64,000 bases of DNA from Promethearchaeota archaeon Loki_b32 (GTDB lineage Archaea; Asgardarchaeota; Lokiarchaeia; Sigyniarchaeales; SOKP01). Within the stretch, counting starts at the first letter, position 1, and every line of letters starts with the position of its first letter. The notes below the pieces were generated by a model. The model saw only the letters and a program-made list of their open reading frames with translations. It searched no databases and was not told the origin of the DNA. Positions 27,175-37,989 of this stretch are shown in pieces. Both the position numbers and the translations under genes were made by a program. The stretch covers positions 96,001-160,000 of the forward strand of contig NJBH01000003.1 in the NCBI GenBank assembly GCA_005223125.1. Direction: 5' to 3'.

Positions 27175-28497
27175 ATGGATAAAAAAATTGTATTAATCGG
27201 AGCGGGTTCAACCTCATTCGGCCCCCCAATGTTTAATGACATCTATTTAAGTGATGTTTTGAAAGGTTCAACAATTGTACTTCACGATATTAATAGAGAA
27301 AAGTTAGAAATAATTTATGACCTTTTAATAGCTGAAAATGAGAAGCATGATAACAAATTCAGTCTTGAACGAACAACTGATAGGTCTAAAGCACTAAAAG
27401 ATGCTGATTTTATAATCAATTCAATAGAAGTTGGTGATCGAATGGAATTATGGCGCCAGGATTATGAGATACCAAGAAAACATGGTTCAACACAGATTTT
27501 AGGGGAGTGTGGCGGGCCAGGAGGTACTTTTCATGCGTGGAGAATAATTCCTCCAATTGTTGAGATTATCGAAGATGTTGAAAAAATTTGTCCTAATGCG
27601 TTTTTCATTAATTTTTCAAATCCTATGTCTCGAGTTTGCTTAGCTATTAAAAGGAGTGTAGAAAAACTAAATTTTATTGGCTTATGCCACCAAATAGGGT
27701 TTATGGTAATTTATTTACCTAAGTTATTTAATAGGTCGATAAACGAGTTAAAAATGTCTGTTGCGGGGCTTAATCATTTTGCTTTTCTCTTAGGAATAGA
27801 GGAATTATCTACAGGAAATAATTTAATGCCTTTTTTCAATGCTAATGCCATGAAATATTTTAAAGAACGTGAGGATCGATTTGTGTTCTCTATGCTTACC
27901 TTTGAAGTTTTTAAAAGGTTTAAAGCTTTTTCTTACGTTGGGGATAATCATCTAGGTGAATACCTCCAATTTGGCGAGGAATTCACAGAAACTCAAGATA
28001 TGGTAGATTGGATAAATTTCATAGATAAAGAAGGCGAATTTTGGTATAGAAGATATCTTAATAAGCATAAAAGACTTAAGAGAGGTAAATATCCAAAAAA
28101 AGGAATTTTATCTAGAAGACCCTCAGGAGAAAGAGCAGTTCCAATAATTGAAGCTATAATTAATGATAAGAATTCATATGAAACAGCAGTTAATATTCCC
28201 AATAATGGAATAATAGATAATTTACCAAAAGATTTAGTTTTAGAATGCTCGGCAACGGTTGATAAAAATGGTGTTCATGGTATACGAGTAGGAGCTTTAC
28301 CTAAAAATATTGCGGCATTACTTCGCATAGAAGCCACAATCCAAGATTTATGTATTGAAGCAGTTCTTAAAAAATCCAAAGATCTTGCGATCGCATGTTT
28401 AGCCATCGATCCGAATGTTGGCAGTTTTGAAATGGCAGAAAATATCTATAATGAGATGATTGAAGTACAGAAAAACTTTTTACCGAATTTTAAGTAA
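27175..28497 (+). CDS. melA: Glycoside hydrolase family 4 (alpha-galactosidase-like)
   Basis: IGAGS, GECGGPGG, NFSNP, GLCH and GLNH. Confidence 0.85.
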   Translation: MDKKIVLIGAGSTSFGPPMFNDIYLSDVLKGSTIVLHDINREKLEIIYDLLIAENEKHDNKFSLERTTDRSKALKDADFIINSIEVGDRMELWRQDYEIPRKHGSTQILGECGGPGGTFHAWRIIPPIVEIIEDVEKICPNAFFINFSNPMSRVCLAIKRSVEKLNFIGLCHQIGFMVIYLPKLFNRSINELKMSVAGLNHFAFLLGIEELSTGNNLMPFFNANAMKYFKEREDRFVFSMLTFEVFKRFKAFSYVGDNHLGEYLQFGEEFTETQDMVDWINFIDKEGEFWYRRYLNKHKRLKRGKYPKKGILSRRPSGERAVPIIEAIINDKNSYETAVNIPNNGIIDNLPKDLVLECSATVDKNGVHGIRVGALPKNIAALLRIEATIQDLCIEAVLKKSKDLAIACLAIDPNVGSFEMAENIYNEMIEVQKNFLPNFK

Positions 28498-28711
28498 TCT
28501 ATAGTTATTTTAATATTAATTTAAATTAAAAAAATTTATAGAATTGTCAAAATAGTAACACATTTTCTGGTTTTTTACCCTTTTAGAAAATATTTTTAAA
28601 AAAGCTGTAAGAATTTGATAAAACCTTTTAAATATTCTTTACACATTAGTAAATATACTTCTAATATATTTATAAACTTATATTTTCATTATTCCCACAA
28701 TACAATTAAAA

Positions 28712-31700
28712 TTGTGTTGGGCGATGCAATCAGAAACTAGTAATAATTCACAAGAAAGGATTAGGAAAGCCACAGACCTACTTCAAAAGTCTTGGTGGTT
28801 TTGTTTCTATCTTATTATTGCTCCATTGATTATTACATTATTAGTAATTATAATCTTTACTCAATCTGGAGTAAATTTATTCATTTCATTATCTTTTTCT
28901 GTTTTAACTTTTATGTTTGCTTTCCTCTTTTTTTATAAGGTATATGACAAATATAGAAAAACTCCATTTTTCTTAAATAAAGAAAATAATCTTATAGCTA
29001 GAATCCAGATTTTGTTCCTAATTTCCATCTTATCTTTTATAGTAACCCCAATATTTTATTTAATTTCACCTCCAGGTACCTCTTTTGCTTTACTTCCTCT
29101 AATTAGCTATGCTGTTCTCTATAATATTGTATATTACTATTATTACTTCCAACCTATAGATTTTTTTAACTTAGAAGAAGGGACATTCAAACATACTGGA
29201 AATTTAAAATTAATGGTTAAGCAACCATATAACTTTACAATTTTTCTCAATTATTTAATTCATCTTATTTTTCTAGGTTTTACAGCCTTCACTGACTTTT
29301 CTTGGCTTTTTGGTCTTATTTCAAACTTAATTTTTTATTTCATCACAGTAAAAACTACCAAAGTTCAGGTTGATAAAATTAAAGCCCTTTTAAATGAAAA
29401 AAAGCCAATTTTAAAAGAATTAACTTCTTTTAAACAGAGTTTTGTATTATCTATAGTTAGCCTTCTTTTTATCATATTAATTCAAATGCCTTTTGTCATT
29501 ATCGTAATATTCAGTCTTTTGGGTGTTCAGTATTCGAGCTTAGAACTGATAAGCACCTCTTTTTTAACAATAATCTTTGTCCTATTTTATTTTAAATCTA
29601 GGTTTTATGTTAGTGTGTATTATACTTCGAAACTTAACCTGTTCGATATGCCTGAAAAAGTTGAAGATTCTGAAGTAAAATCTTCGCTAACACATATTAA
29701 GTATCAGAAACAGAATTCCTATGTATCCGGGATATTAATTCTATTAATAACAATATTCTCTTTTTTACTTGAGATTCCCCTATTAAACTTAATTATTCTT
29801 CCATTTCTATTTATTATCCTTCATTATGAACAAAAATCAGAACTCTGTCCTAAAGAGTATAATAGATTTGTGGTTATATTAAATACTATTGCACTTTTGA
29901 TAACTATCGCTTTTGGTATAATTCCAGTGATACTGGAAACCATCTTACTAAATTTCTTAGTATTTTCTCTTTCCTTGTATTTTATTTTGCAAGTATTTGT
30001 GAAATATGAGTATTTCATTAAAGAAGATATTCTCGTTTACCAAAATTTACTTGCTATGGCCAGTTTTGCATTAATATTATATTCATTCTTCCCGATAGCT
30101 ATATTTGAATATACTGCTTTTACATCAGATCCCCTAATCATTTTCGTTTCAAATTTTCTCTTACACTCATTACTAATTTCGATCACCTTCCTAATTTCAC
30201 TGTATATATTAGGTGTTCGATATTTTTATGCAAAGAGCCCTAAGTTATTCAGAAGGCTTATAGTAGGATTTAGTTTTTTAATTGAACTCGCAATTTTTAC
30301 TTTTATTAATTTTCGGTATTTTTTTGTGATGGACTTTATCAGATTTTTACTGGTAATTTGCATTTCATCTATTTTATTCCCAATTATCTTCTTAGTTTTT
30401 CTTTTAATAAATTATAGTTTAAACACATTTCCACTGGAATACTTCTTAAAATTAAGCTATATATCTTTTTGGATATTATTAGTTGATTTTTTCCTCTCTC
30501 TATTGGTCATATCTCTACTAAGCACTTATTTTATTATTATAATAATAATAGATTTCCTCATCTCATCTGTTTTTTATTATTATATCTTAAAGTTTGGACT
30601 GAAATTAGAAAGAGTGAATGAAGTCAAGTTTAAAAAGTACGTTAAAATCAATTCATATAGCATTACTATTGAGCTTTTATCTCTGTTTTTCATAATATTT
30701 TTTATAGCTTTTCAAGCTCTTTCGTTATTTGAAAATATAATTTATTCATTATATTTATCTTTGGCATTAGTTTGTTTATTAATCAATCTTTTTTCTAAGA
30801 AGGAAATCTTTTCTGAAGGGCTTTATTTCAAAATTAACACATTTATTCTTCTCTATAGCTCATTAATAGCATTCTATTACTTTTTGTTGCTCACTCTTGA
30901 TACTTTTTATGTGTTTATAATTCCTCTAATGGTTTTTAACATAATTTTTTACTTTCCTCTTTTATATCTTAGAAAAAAGAGTGTATTACAAATATTAACA
31001 TCTAAGTTATTGAAAATAAATAGTATACTATTCTCAGTGACATTATCATTAATTCCGACTATTAGAGGATTAGAACTCTACAATTTGGGCGAATTTTTTG
31101 ATATTATTTTCTTAATAATGACTGTGATAAACTTTACTCTATATATTGATTTTACAATTCTTACAATTTATTACTATATATCGAAGAAAATCAAAACCAA
31201 TGAAGAACGAGTAGGATTTTTCCAAAAAGTACAAGTGCTCATAACAATATGCATTGGTATTACAACAATATTCTATTATCCTTTTTTCTTGCTTATTGAT
31301 ACGCTCTATTGCGTAGTTTTACCTTCAATTTTTATGTTCTGCTTCCTTTATATTCCTCTTTATTATTCTTACAAGAGAGTGGCATTCAATATAGGATTTA
31401 TTAAAAGATTAATCCTTTTCAATACTTTAATTTTAACAGGGCTATTTACTTCAATTCCAACAATAATTAGCGTTAACTTAATTAATTTAGGATTTGTTTT
31501 TGATTTTAATAGTTTTGTGCTGAACACAATAAACTTTTCCACATACATATTCTATATTTTCTTATTAATCCTGAATAGTTTATTAAAAAAATTTGAGATA
31601 AAGCAAAAGTACATCCTTGTTTTAAATCGATTACGGTATATTACTATATTTAGCATTTCTATCACAACCATTTTCTTTTATCCCTTTTTATTACTCTATG

Positions 31701-34700
31701 GAACTTATTATAGTGTAATTGTACCTTTAATCGCATTACTATTTTCTTGGTTCTTTCTTTTCTATTATTCATATAAAAAAGAGTACTTCAACCTAGAATG
31801 GGTTAAAAGATTAACAATCTATAATTTTACAGGTTTATCTAGTTTAATTATATCTTTACCAACTATTATTGGTTTAGAATTAATCAGAATTGGATTTGAA
31901 GCGAACATAATTCTTATAACAACTATAACTCTAATCTTACTCTTTATTTTTTTTAAGATTTCTGAGATTATAAGTGTTAAAGTAAAATTAAAGGAGAATT
32001 ACATAAGATTTTTTAAATTATCTGAATTAGTTAGTTGGTTTCTATTCTCATTGCTTTTATCTTATTATATTGCTTCAATCTTTATTATTGAATTAGTGCT
32101 AACCCCTACAAATTTACTAATACTAAGTTGTTCCTTGTTTGTTTTTTTTATTTTAAGTGTTTATACATTAGTTCTGGTATCTTCTTCTATCCCAAAACTT
32201 TCAAACTTAATTAAGTATCAAGATATCATTATTTACGGAATAATTCTTTCGATATCATCTATATTTACTTTTTTAAGTCTTTCAACCAATCTTTTTGCTT
32301 TTATATTTCCAGGACTAGTATTATTAGAATCATCAATGCTTATTGGTTTTTTTGCAACTTTATTTCTCTTGTTTTTAATTCTGTGTGATAACTTTATAGA
32401 GTTTAAACTTACTCAGGTAAAGATTATCTGTGAGTTAACCACATGGCTGATTATAAAAATAATATTATGTATTTTCATTTCTTCTCTTATAGAAATTTTT
32501 GCATATCAATTTTTTATTATAAATAAAATATTTTTGTTTTCATTAATTTTCACATTTCTTACACCCATAAGTCTTTCACTATTAGAGAATTCGAGGTTTA
32601 TTTCAACAAAAAATAAATTTTTAATGAAAAAAATAACTGTAATTGCATTTGCGATTTTTTTACTAAGTTTATATATTGAAGTCCTATACATTTTAACATT
32701 ATCGATTCCTATCTTTTATCAAAATACATTATTACAAATCACATCTATTACAGCTAATCTGGTTATATTTGTATATTATTACTTTTTAAGGTTTAATGAA
32801 GTAACAGAAGAACCTTCTACTTCTAAAATATATAAGTTATATTTTTTATCATCGATATTATTCGTGTGTCTTCTTTATTCAAACTCAATTTTGATGATTT
32901 TTCTAATATTTTTCTCATATACAATTGTTCTATCGCAGAGAAGTATAATTCCCATTACACGATTTCTATTGTATTTTTTACTAAGTTTTGTTGCTTTCAT
33001 TGAAATTATTATAATTCTAAATTTTTATGAAGTTATAACTGGATTTGATATAGTGTTTGTTGGTATTTTCATAGATATTTATATTTTAACCACAATTTGT
33101 GTTTTGTTTTTCTCAATCTTGTTAAATATAAAGAAGAAGAATAATCTAGAAAAAATTGCTTTGTATGCGCTCATTTCTCTTTTAACCTTCTTTACTTTGA
33201 TGATCTTTACCAACATCTTAGTAATTTACAATATAACAATTTCAATTTTTGTATTTTTGCTATTCATGGGAATTTTCTTCTACCGTCAACAAGATGAGCG
33301 ATACAAATGGTTTACTAAACCCTGCGTAATTTTATTTATCTTTGATGCTATCAGCTTTATGTCATATTCTTGGCTTTTTAATAATCAAATTTTTAGGGCA
33401 TACAATCCTATCCTAACTTTTACTCTTACTATGAGTATAACAGGATTGGGATTTGTTCTTTTGTATAATTCTGCACCTGCACGATTTAGGAAGAAATCCT
33501 TCTATATTGTATTAGCTTCGATTGTTATCTCTTTTCCAACTTTTATATATTTCCTTATAATCTCTTCCTTATCTATGTCTTTTGGAGCTGTAGTCCCTTT
33601 AATAGTAGCAATTAATTTAGGAGTTTTTCTATTTTATCTTTGTATTGGAATTTATCAATGGAAAATATCATGGGCGATTTGGAAATCTGGATGGTATATT
33701 TGGAACATTCTACCCTTTGTTAACTTTTTAATCATCTATGAAAGTTTTACAGGGATAGATGTTTTTACTGATTCATTGCAATTTGGATTATATAACGTTC
33801 ATGGTTCATTAATTATATCGATAATAATATCCTCGTTATTCTTTTTACCAGTATTGTACACTAAAATAAAGAAATACTTTTTTCAAATCATATTTATTAT
33901 TTGGGGAGAAAGTTTATTCTTGCTCTATTGGCTTAGCTTAAACTTATTTGATTATGATCTTTTATTATTAAGGAATTTATCTTTTATTTTATTTTCAGTC
34001 ATTCTTTTGATGCCCCTATTTGCGGGATTTAAATATTGGAAAATTGTGTCAATTTTATGGCTATTATTAATACTCATTAATGCAACTTTTTTGTTATTTT
34101 ATTTATCATCAATTGGTATCATTATGGAAGTTACAATTTCAATTGACATCTTAGTTATAGGGTTATTTTTAATTGTCTATTCATTTTTCCCTAATATTAG
34201 GTCAATAGGGGTCGTTTTGATAACTGCGTATTTCATAACTTTATCAGGTATATTCTTTACAATTTATTTTATTCTCTATTCTATAATTTTAAATCCCTTA
34301 TTTTCTGTGAATATTAGTTTTATTGTAGTTGGATTTAGTCTTTTTTCCTCAAAATATATAAAATTATCAAAAAGAATTATAGATTTATGTCTCTCCTGGA
34401 TTCTAATTTTTAATTTCTCATGGCTGACTTTCAACACATTTAGCTTATTTCCAGGGTTAATTATATTTGCATTTTCTCTAGCTTTAACCGTTTTTGGATG
34501 CTCCTTTTTTATATTTAATCGTTATAAAATGAAAACTAATATTAATATTATAATTCCATACTCAATTATTACCATTGGAGCATCATTGTCAATAACTTCC
34601 CTAATTTCAATTATTTTCAAAGCATCACCAGGGGTTTTAGTTTCTACGTTTTCTTCAGTGTTTATTCTGTTTTTGTACTTTCTAATTAGGGAGTATCGAT

Positions 34701-37700
34701 ATGTATTGTGGTTTGGTTTTCCAATTCCTATAACATCACCGATATTAGAATTATTGTTAAGATTTGATGTTATCCAACCTTTTTGGTTTTTAACTTGGGC
34801 AATGTTATATCTCATTACATTTCAGATTTTAATTAATATGTTCAAAAATTATATAAAAGAAGACATACCAGATTCTATAGAAGAGGAAAAACCAGATTCT
34901 TCAAAAGAAGAAAAATTAGATTCTATAAAAGAGGAAACACGGAATTCTGTGAAGGAGGAAAATCCAGATTCTGTAAAAAATGAAAAACCAAAAACAAAAA
35001 ACAGCTTATTTAAGATTTATGAGGATAAAAATCAATTAAAATGGTTTAACTTTACATGTTTTCTATTAAATTCAATTTTTATTTCACTATTTATATCAAT
35101 CATTTTCCCATATTTAATTAAACAGATAATTTTTACTCAAATTCTATTAATTTACCAGATATGCGATTTTCTAATAATATGGTCAATATTATTTTTATTT
35201 TGTATAAAATATGTCGAAAAATCAGAATTAGATATAAAAATAAAGGACCAATTAATCTATTTCAATAAATTTAGTATTGTACTTTATATTTTAATTCCAT
35301 TGTCTTCAGGAATTAATCTTTTGCTTTATCTTTTTCTTATAAACACAGATTTTCTCATTTTAATTTATTCATTTTTATTATTAGGAAGTGGAATTGCTTT
35401 TATAGAGGGATACATAATTGATAGACGCCACTTTTATTTTCTGTTTGATTCAACACGAAATAAGTTTACATTGTGGTCATGGTTGGTTTTCAGTAATACA
35501 TTTGCACTCTTCTTTTATGTATTATATTCAAATATATTCTTCTTGGTATTAACAATTTCAATCTTAAATATTATCTCTGTTCATTTCTTATCTTATTTAG
35601 ATATTGGACAACCAAAAATTTCTACTTACCGATTAATTCTTATTTATAATTCATTCATTTGGAGTTCTTTTTATATAGCTTCTCTAATTTCAGAAGGATT
35701 ATTAATTCTTTTTGAAGGATTAAATGAATTCACTTATTATTCAATGTTATTTCAAAACTCTTTTCTATTCTTATATATTTTCAGTCATTTTTTCATTAAA
35801 TTTGAAAAAACTCTTAAAAATTGGGTTGAATTTACTCTTTTCATCACTTTCCAAGGATTACTAGCAATTAACCTGATCCTCATATTCACAATATTTACTC
35901 CCTTAAATTTTCTCATGGTAAATTTAATTATTTTAGTAGAAATATGTCTTACATTTAATCCTATTAAGTTATTTGACAAAATTTTGTCAGAACAAAAATA
36001 TCCGAACTTCTTGGATAAAATGTATTCGATTTTAGTCTTGTTCTTATACTGTGAAATAAGTCTAATGGTTTATGGGTTAACCTTTGAAGTTATTGGAGTA
36101 TTTGAGAGTATACTTTCTTCTCTATCGATATTATTAATTTTAACGTTATTTGATATTTATTCAATAAAAAAAATAAAGAGAAGCTATGCTACATTTGTTC
36201 ATACGATTAGTTTTTTTACGATCTCAATCATGCTACTTTTAATTTTAAATCAATTTGTAAATCAATATCCATTCTTATTCAGTTTGGAGTTTTTTATTTT
36301 TCTAATTATGCAATTCTACACGAATTTTTCTCTTTTTAATTCATTAAAATTATTTTACCAAAATAAAGTGGATGCTCTTGAAAAACTTCAAAGCTCAATT
36401 CAACGCATATTAGGGACTGCATTCTACGCTATGCTATGCTTTTTTATATTACAATCATTAATTTTACAACGGATTGAATTCCAATTGATCTTGTTGATTT
36501 TGAGCATCGTAATCCATGTGCTAATGATTATTGATAACTCTCTTTTAAAATTTATTGGAAAGGCTACTAGTTATGCAAAGTTAATATCCTGGATCTTTAT
36601 TATGACATTTACATCAACTTATCTAATCTGGATTTATAATACTTATTTTATATCATTCTTCTTTACAGTTATACCCATCGTTATTATTATTCTTATCCTT
36701 GAGCTCGCATATCTTTTTAGACTATTTTCTTTTTGGCAGTTAATTGCTTCAAATAAAGAAAAAATTCGATTTAATCTAATTCTTGTCTCTTATGTCAATT
36801 TTATTACATGGCCTTTGTATTTTTCTAGCTTAAATCCATTTCTTATTCTTAATCTATTTCTAGCTTCTTTTTTCATTATGTTATTAATTACTTTAATTGA
36901 TAATATTTTAAAAGAGAAATTCCGAAAACTTTTGAGATCCTACTCATTTCTAATGGTTGGGGGGTTAGTGTCCATTGATTTGTACATATTATTAGATACA
37001 ATTCCAAATTTCAATATTTTCCTAAATTTAAGCATATCATCTTTAATCTTTGTAATCTTCTTAATTATCTTAGTCAAACCATTTAAAGAGCATTCGGTTG
37101 TAGCATTCGTCTATTGGATTGTAACTTTCTTTTTACTGAGTTCAATTATTTATCATGTTTCATTAACTTTTATCTTTAGTGGTGTAATTTTTGGCTTATT
37201 GTTTTTAGCCTATCCATTTGTTTTCCTTTTGGAAGAATTAAGAGAGCTCTTTAATAAATTTATAGATATTATAGCTAAATTCTTTAAAAAACTCAAAACC
37301 CTAATTAAGACCATCTTTAATAAGATAGGCAATTTTATAAAAACTCATTTCAGATTAATTTGGGCAATTATCAATTTATTCATTTCAATATTCCTTGGTG
37401 TTCTTTTTTCACCCAACGAATATATTGGATTAAATTTATTAAATTGGATCCACTCCACACTTTTAATTTTTCCTCTTTTTGGCCTGCTATGCTCACTCAT
37501 ACCTTCTAAAAAGTCTGACGATGCCGATATTAGATTTAAACGTAGAATGTTTCGTTTAGTTATCAGTTGGGGAAGTATTATTATAGTGATGTTTGCTTTT
37601 ATAAACCCTGACTGGTATATATTTACTATTTGGATATCAATTTGGATTATAGGGGCCATTCTATTACCCTATATGATTTTTAAAGAAAAAAGAGAAAATA

Positions 37701-37804
37701 TTTCAATAAAATGGCGCTTTTATACACTCATTATATTAATATTCCTTCTTGTTTTATTTGGAATAATATTTGGGACACAAGTTTATGTGAATTTATTTTC
37801 TTAA
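28712..37804 (+). CDS. Giant (3030 aa) polytopic membrane protein of unknown function
   Basis: Uninterrupted ORF of hydrophobic helices with short Lys-rich loops; internal 133-134 aa repeats. Confidence 0.85.
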   Translation: MCWAMQSETSNNSQERIRKATDLLQKSWWFCFYLIIAPLIITLLVIIIFTQSGVNLFISLSFSVLTFMFAFLFFYKVYDKYRKTPFFLNKENNLIARIQILFLISILSFIVTPIFYLISPPGTSFALLPLISYAVLYNIVYYYYYFQPIDFFNLEEGTFKHTGNLKLMVKQPYNFTIFLNYLIHLIFLGFTAFTDFSWLFGLISNLIFYFITVKTTKVQVDKIKALLNEKKPILKELTSFKQSFVLSIVSLLFIILIQMPFVIIVIFSLLGVQYSSLELISTSFLTIIFVLFYFKSRFYVSVYYTSKLNLFDMPEKVEDSEVKSSLTHIKYQKQNSYVSGILILLITIFSFLLEIPLLNLIILPFLFIILHYEQKSELCPKEYNRFVVILNTIALLITIAFGIIPVILETILLNFLVFSLSLYFILQVFVKYEYFIKEDILVYQNLLAMASFALILYSFFPIAIFEYTAFTSDPLIIFVSNFLLHSLLISITFLISLYILGVRYFYAKSPKLFRRLIVGFSFLIELAIFTFINFRYFFVMDFIRFLLVICISSILFPIIFLVFLLINYSLNTFPLEYFLKLSYISFWILLVDFFLSLLVISLLSTYFIIIIIIDFLISSVFYYYILKFGLKLERVNEVKFKKYVKINSYSITIELLSLFFIIFFIAFQALSLFENIIYSLYLSLALVCLLINLFSKKEIFSEGLYFKINTFILLYSSLIAFYYFLLLTLDTFYVFIIPLMVFNIIFYFPLLYLRKKSVLQILTSKLLKINSILFSVTLSLIPTIRGLELYNLGEFFDIIFLIMTVINFTLYIDFTILTIYYYISKKIKTNEERVGFFQKVQVLITICIGITTIFYYPFFLLIDTLYCVVLPSIFMFCFLYIPLYYSYKRVAFNIGFIKRLILFNTLILTGLFTSIPTIISVNLINLGFVFDFNSFVLNTINFSTYIFYIFLLILNSLLKKFEIKQKYILVLNRLRYITIFSISITTIFFYPFLLLYGTYYSVIVPLIALLFSWFFLFYYSYKKEYFNLEWVKRLTIYNFTGLSSLIISLPTIIGLELIRIGFEANIILITTITLILLFIFFKISEIISVKVKLKENYIRFFKLSELVSWFLFSLLLSYYIASIFIIELVLTPTNLLILSCSLFVFFILSVYTLVLVSSSIPKLSNLIKYQDIIIYGIILSISSIFTFLSLSTNLFAFIFPGLVLLESSMLIGFFATLFLLFLILCDNFIEFKLTQVKIICELTTWLIIKIILCIFISSLIEIFAYQFFIINKIFLFSLIFTFLTPISLSLLENSRFISTKNKFLMKKITVIAFAIFLLSLYIEVLYILTLSIPIFYQNTLLQITSITANLVIFVYYYFLRFNEVTEEPSTSKIYKLYFLSSILFVCLLYSNSILMIFLIFFSYTIVLSQRSIIPITRFLLYFLLSFVAFIEIIIILNFYEVITGFDIVFVGIFIDIYILTTICVLFFSILLNIKKKNNLEKIALYALISLLTFFTLMIFTNILVIYNITISIFVFLLFMGIFFYRQQDERYKWFTKPCVILFIFDAISFMSYSWLFNNQIFRAYNPILTFTLTMSITGLGFVLLYNSAPARFRKKSFYIVLASIVISFPTFIYFLIISSLSMSFGAVVPLIVAINLGVFLFYLCIGIYQWKISWAIWKSGWYIWNILPFVNFLIIYESFTGIDVFTDSLQFGLYNVHGSLIISIIISSLFFLPVLYTKIKKYFFQIIFIIWGESLFLLYWLSLNLFDYDLLLLRNLSFILFSVILLMPLFAGFKYWKIVSILWLLLILINATFLLFYLSSIGIIMEVTISIDILVIGLFLIVYSFFPNIRSIGVVLITAYFITLSGIFFTIYFILYSIILNPLFSVNISFIVVGFSLFSSKYIKLSKRIIDLCLSWILIFNFSWLTFNTFSLFPGLIIFAFSLALTVFGCSFFIFNRYKMKTNINIIIPYSIITIGASLSITSLISIIFKASPGVLVSTFSSVFILFLYFLIREYRYVLWFGFPIPITSPILELLLRFDVIQPFWFLTWAMLYLITFQILINMFKNYIKEDIPDSIEEEKPDSSKEEKLDSIKEETRNSVKEENPDSVKNEKPKTKNSLFKIYEDKNQLKWFNFTCFLLNSIFISLFISIIFPYLIKQIIFTQILLIYQICDFLIIWSILFLFCIKYVEKSELDIKIKDQLIYFNKFSIVLYILIPLSSGINLLLYLFLINTDFLILIYSFLLLGSGIAFIEGYIIDRRHFYFLFDSTRNKFTLWSWLVFSNTFALFFYVLYSNIFFLVLTISILNIISVHFLSYLDIGQPKISTYRLILIYNSFIWSSFYIASLISEGLLILFEGLNEFTYYSMLFQNSFLFLYIFSHFFIKFEKTLKNWVEFTLFITFQGLLAINLILIFTIFTPLNFLMVNLIILVEICLTFNPIKLFDKILSEQKYPNFLDKMYSILVLFLYCEISLMVYGLTFEVIGVFESILSSLSILLILTLFDIYSIKKIKRSYATFVHTISFFTISIMLLLILNQFVNQYPFLFSLEFFIFLIMQFYTNFSLFNSLKLFYQNKVDALEKLQSSIQRILGTAFYAMLCFFILQSLILQRIEFQLILLILSIVIHVLMIIDNSLLKFIGKATSYAKLISWIFIMTFTSTYLIWIYNTYFISFFFTVIPIVIIILILELAYLFRLFSFWQLIASNKEKIRFNLILVSYVNFITWPLYFSSLNPFLILNLFLASFFIMLLITLIDNILKEKFRKLLRSYSFLMVGGLVSIDLYILLDTIPNFNIFLNLSISSLIFVIFLIILVKPFKEHSVVAFVYWIVTFFLLSSIIYHVSLTFIFSGVIFGLLFLAYPFVFLLEELRELFNKFIDIIAKFFKKLKTLIKTIFNKIGNFIKTHFRLIWAIINLFISIFLGVLFSPNEYIGLNLLNWIHSTLLIFPLFGLLCSLIPSKKSDDADIRFKRRMFRLVISWGSIIIVMFAFINPDWYIFTIWISIWIIGAILLPYMIFKEKRENISIKWRFYTLIILIFLLVLFGIIFGTQVYVNLFS
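34853..34990 (+). repeat. Degenerate 24-bp (8-aa) tandem repeat, about 6 units, forming a charged loop
   Basis: IKEDIPDS-IEEEKPDS-SKEEKLDS-IKEETRNS-VKEENPDS-VKNEKP. Confidence 0.8.
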
Positions 37805-37989
37805 TAGACTCCTAACATTTAAAAATAATGACTTAGGACCGGTTAGACGGTTCTAGCGATTTTTTACATATCTTCTCTAAAATGAAAAGTTGAAAACTTT
37901 AAATATATGTTAAAATGAACTAATATTTGTAGATATTAATTTAAACATAAAAATTTAATAAAAAAAATAATAAAGAAGTGATCTAATAT

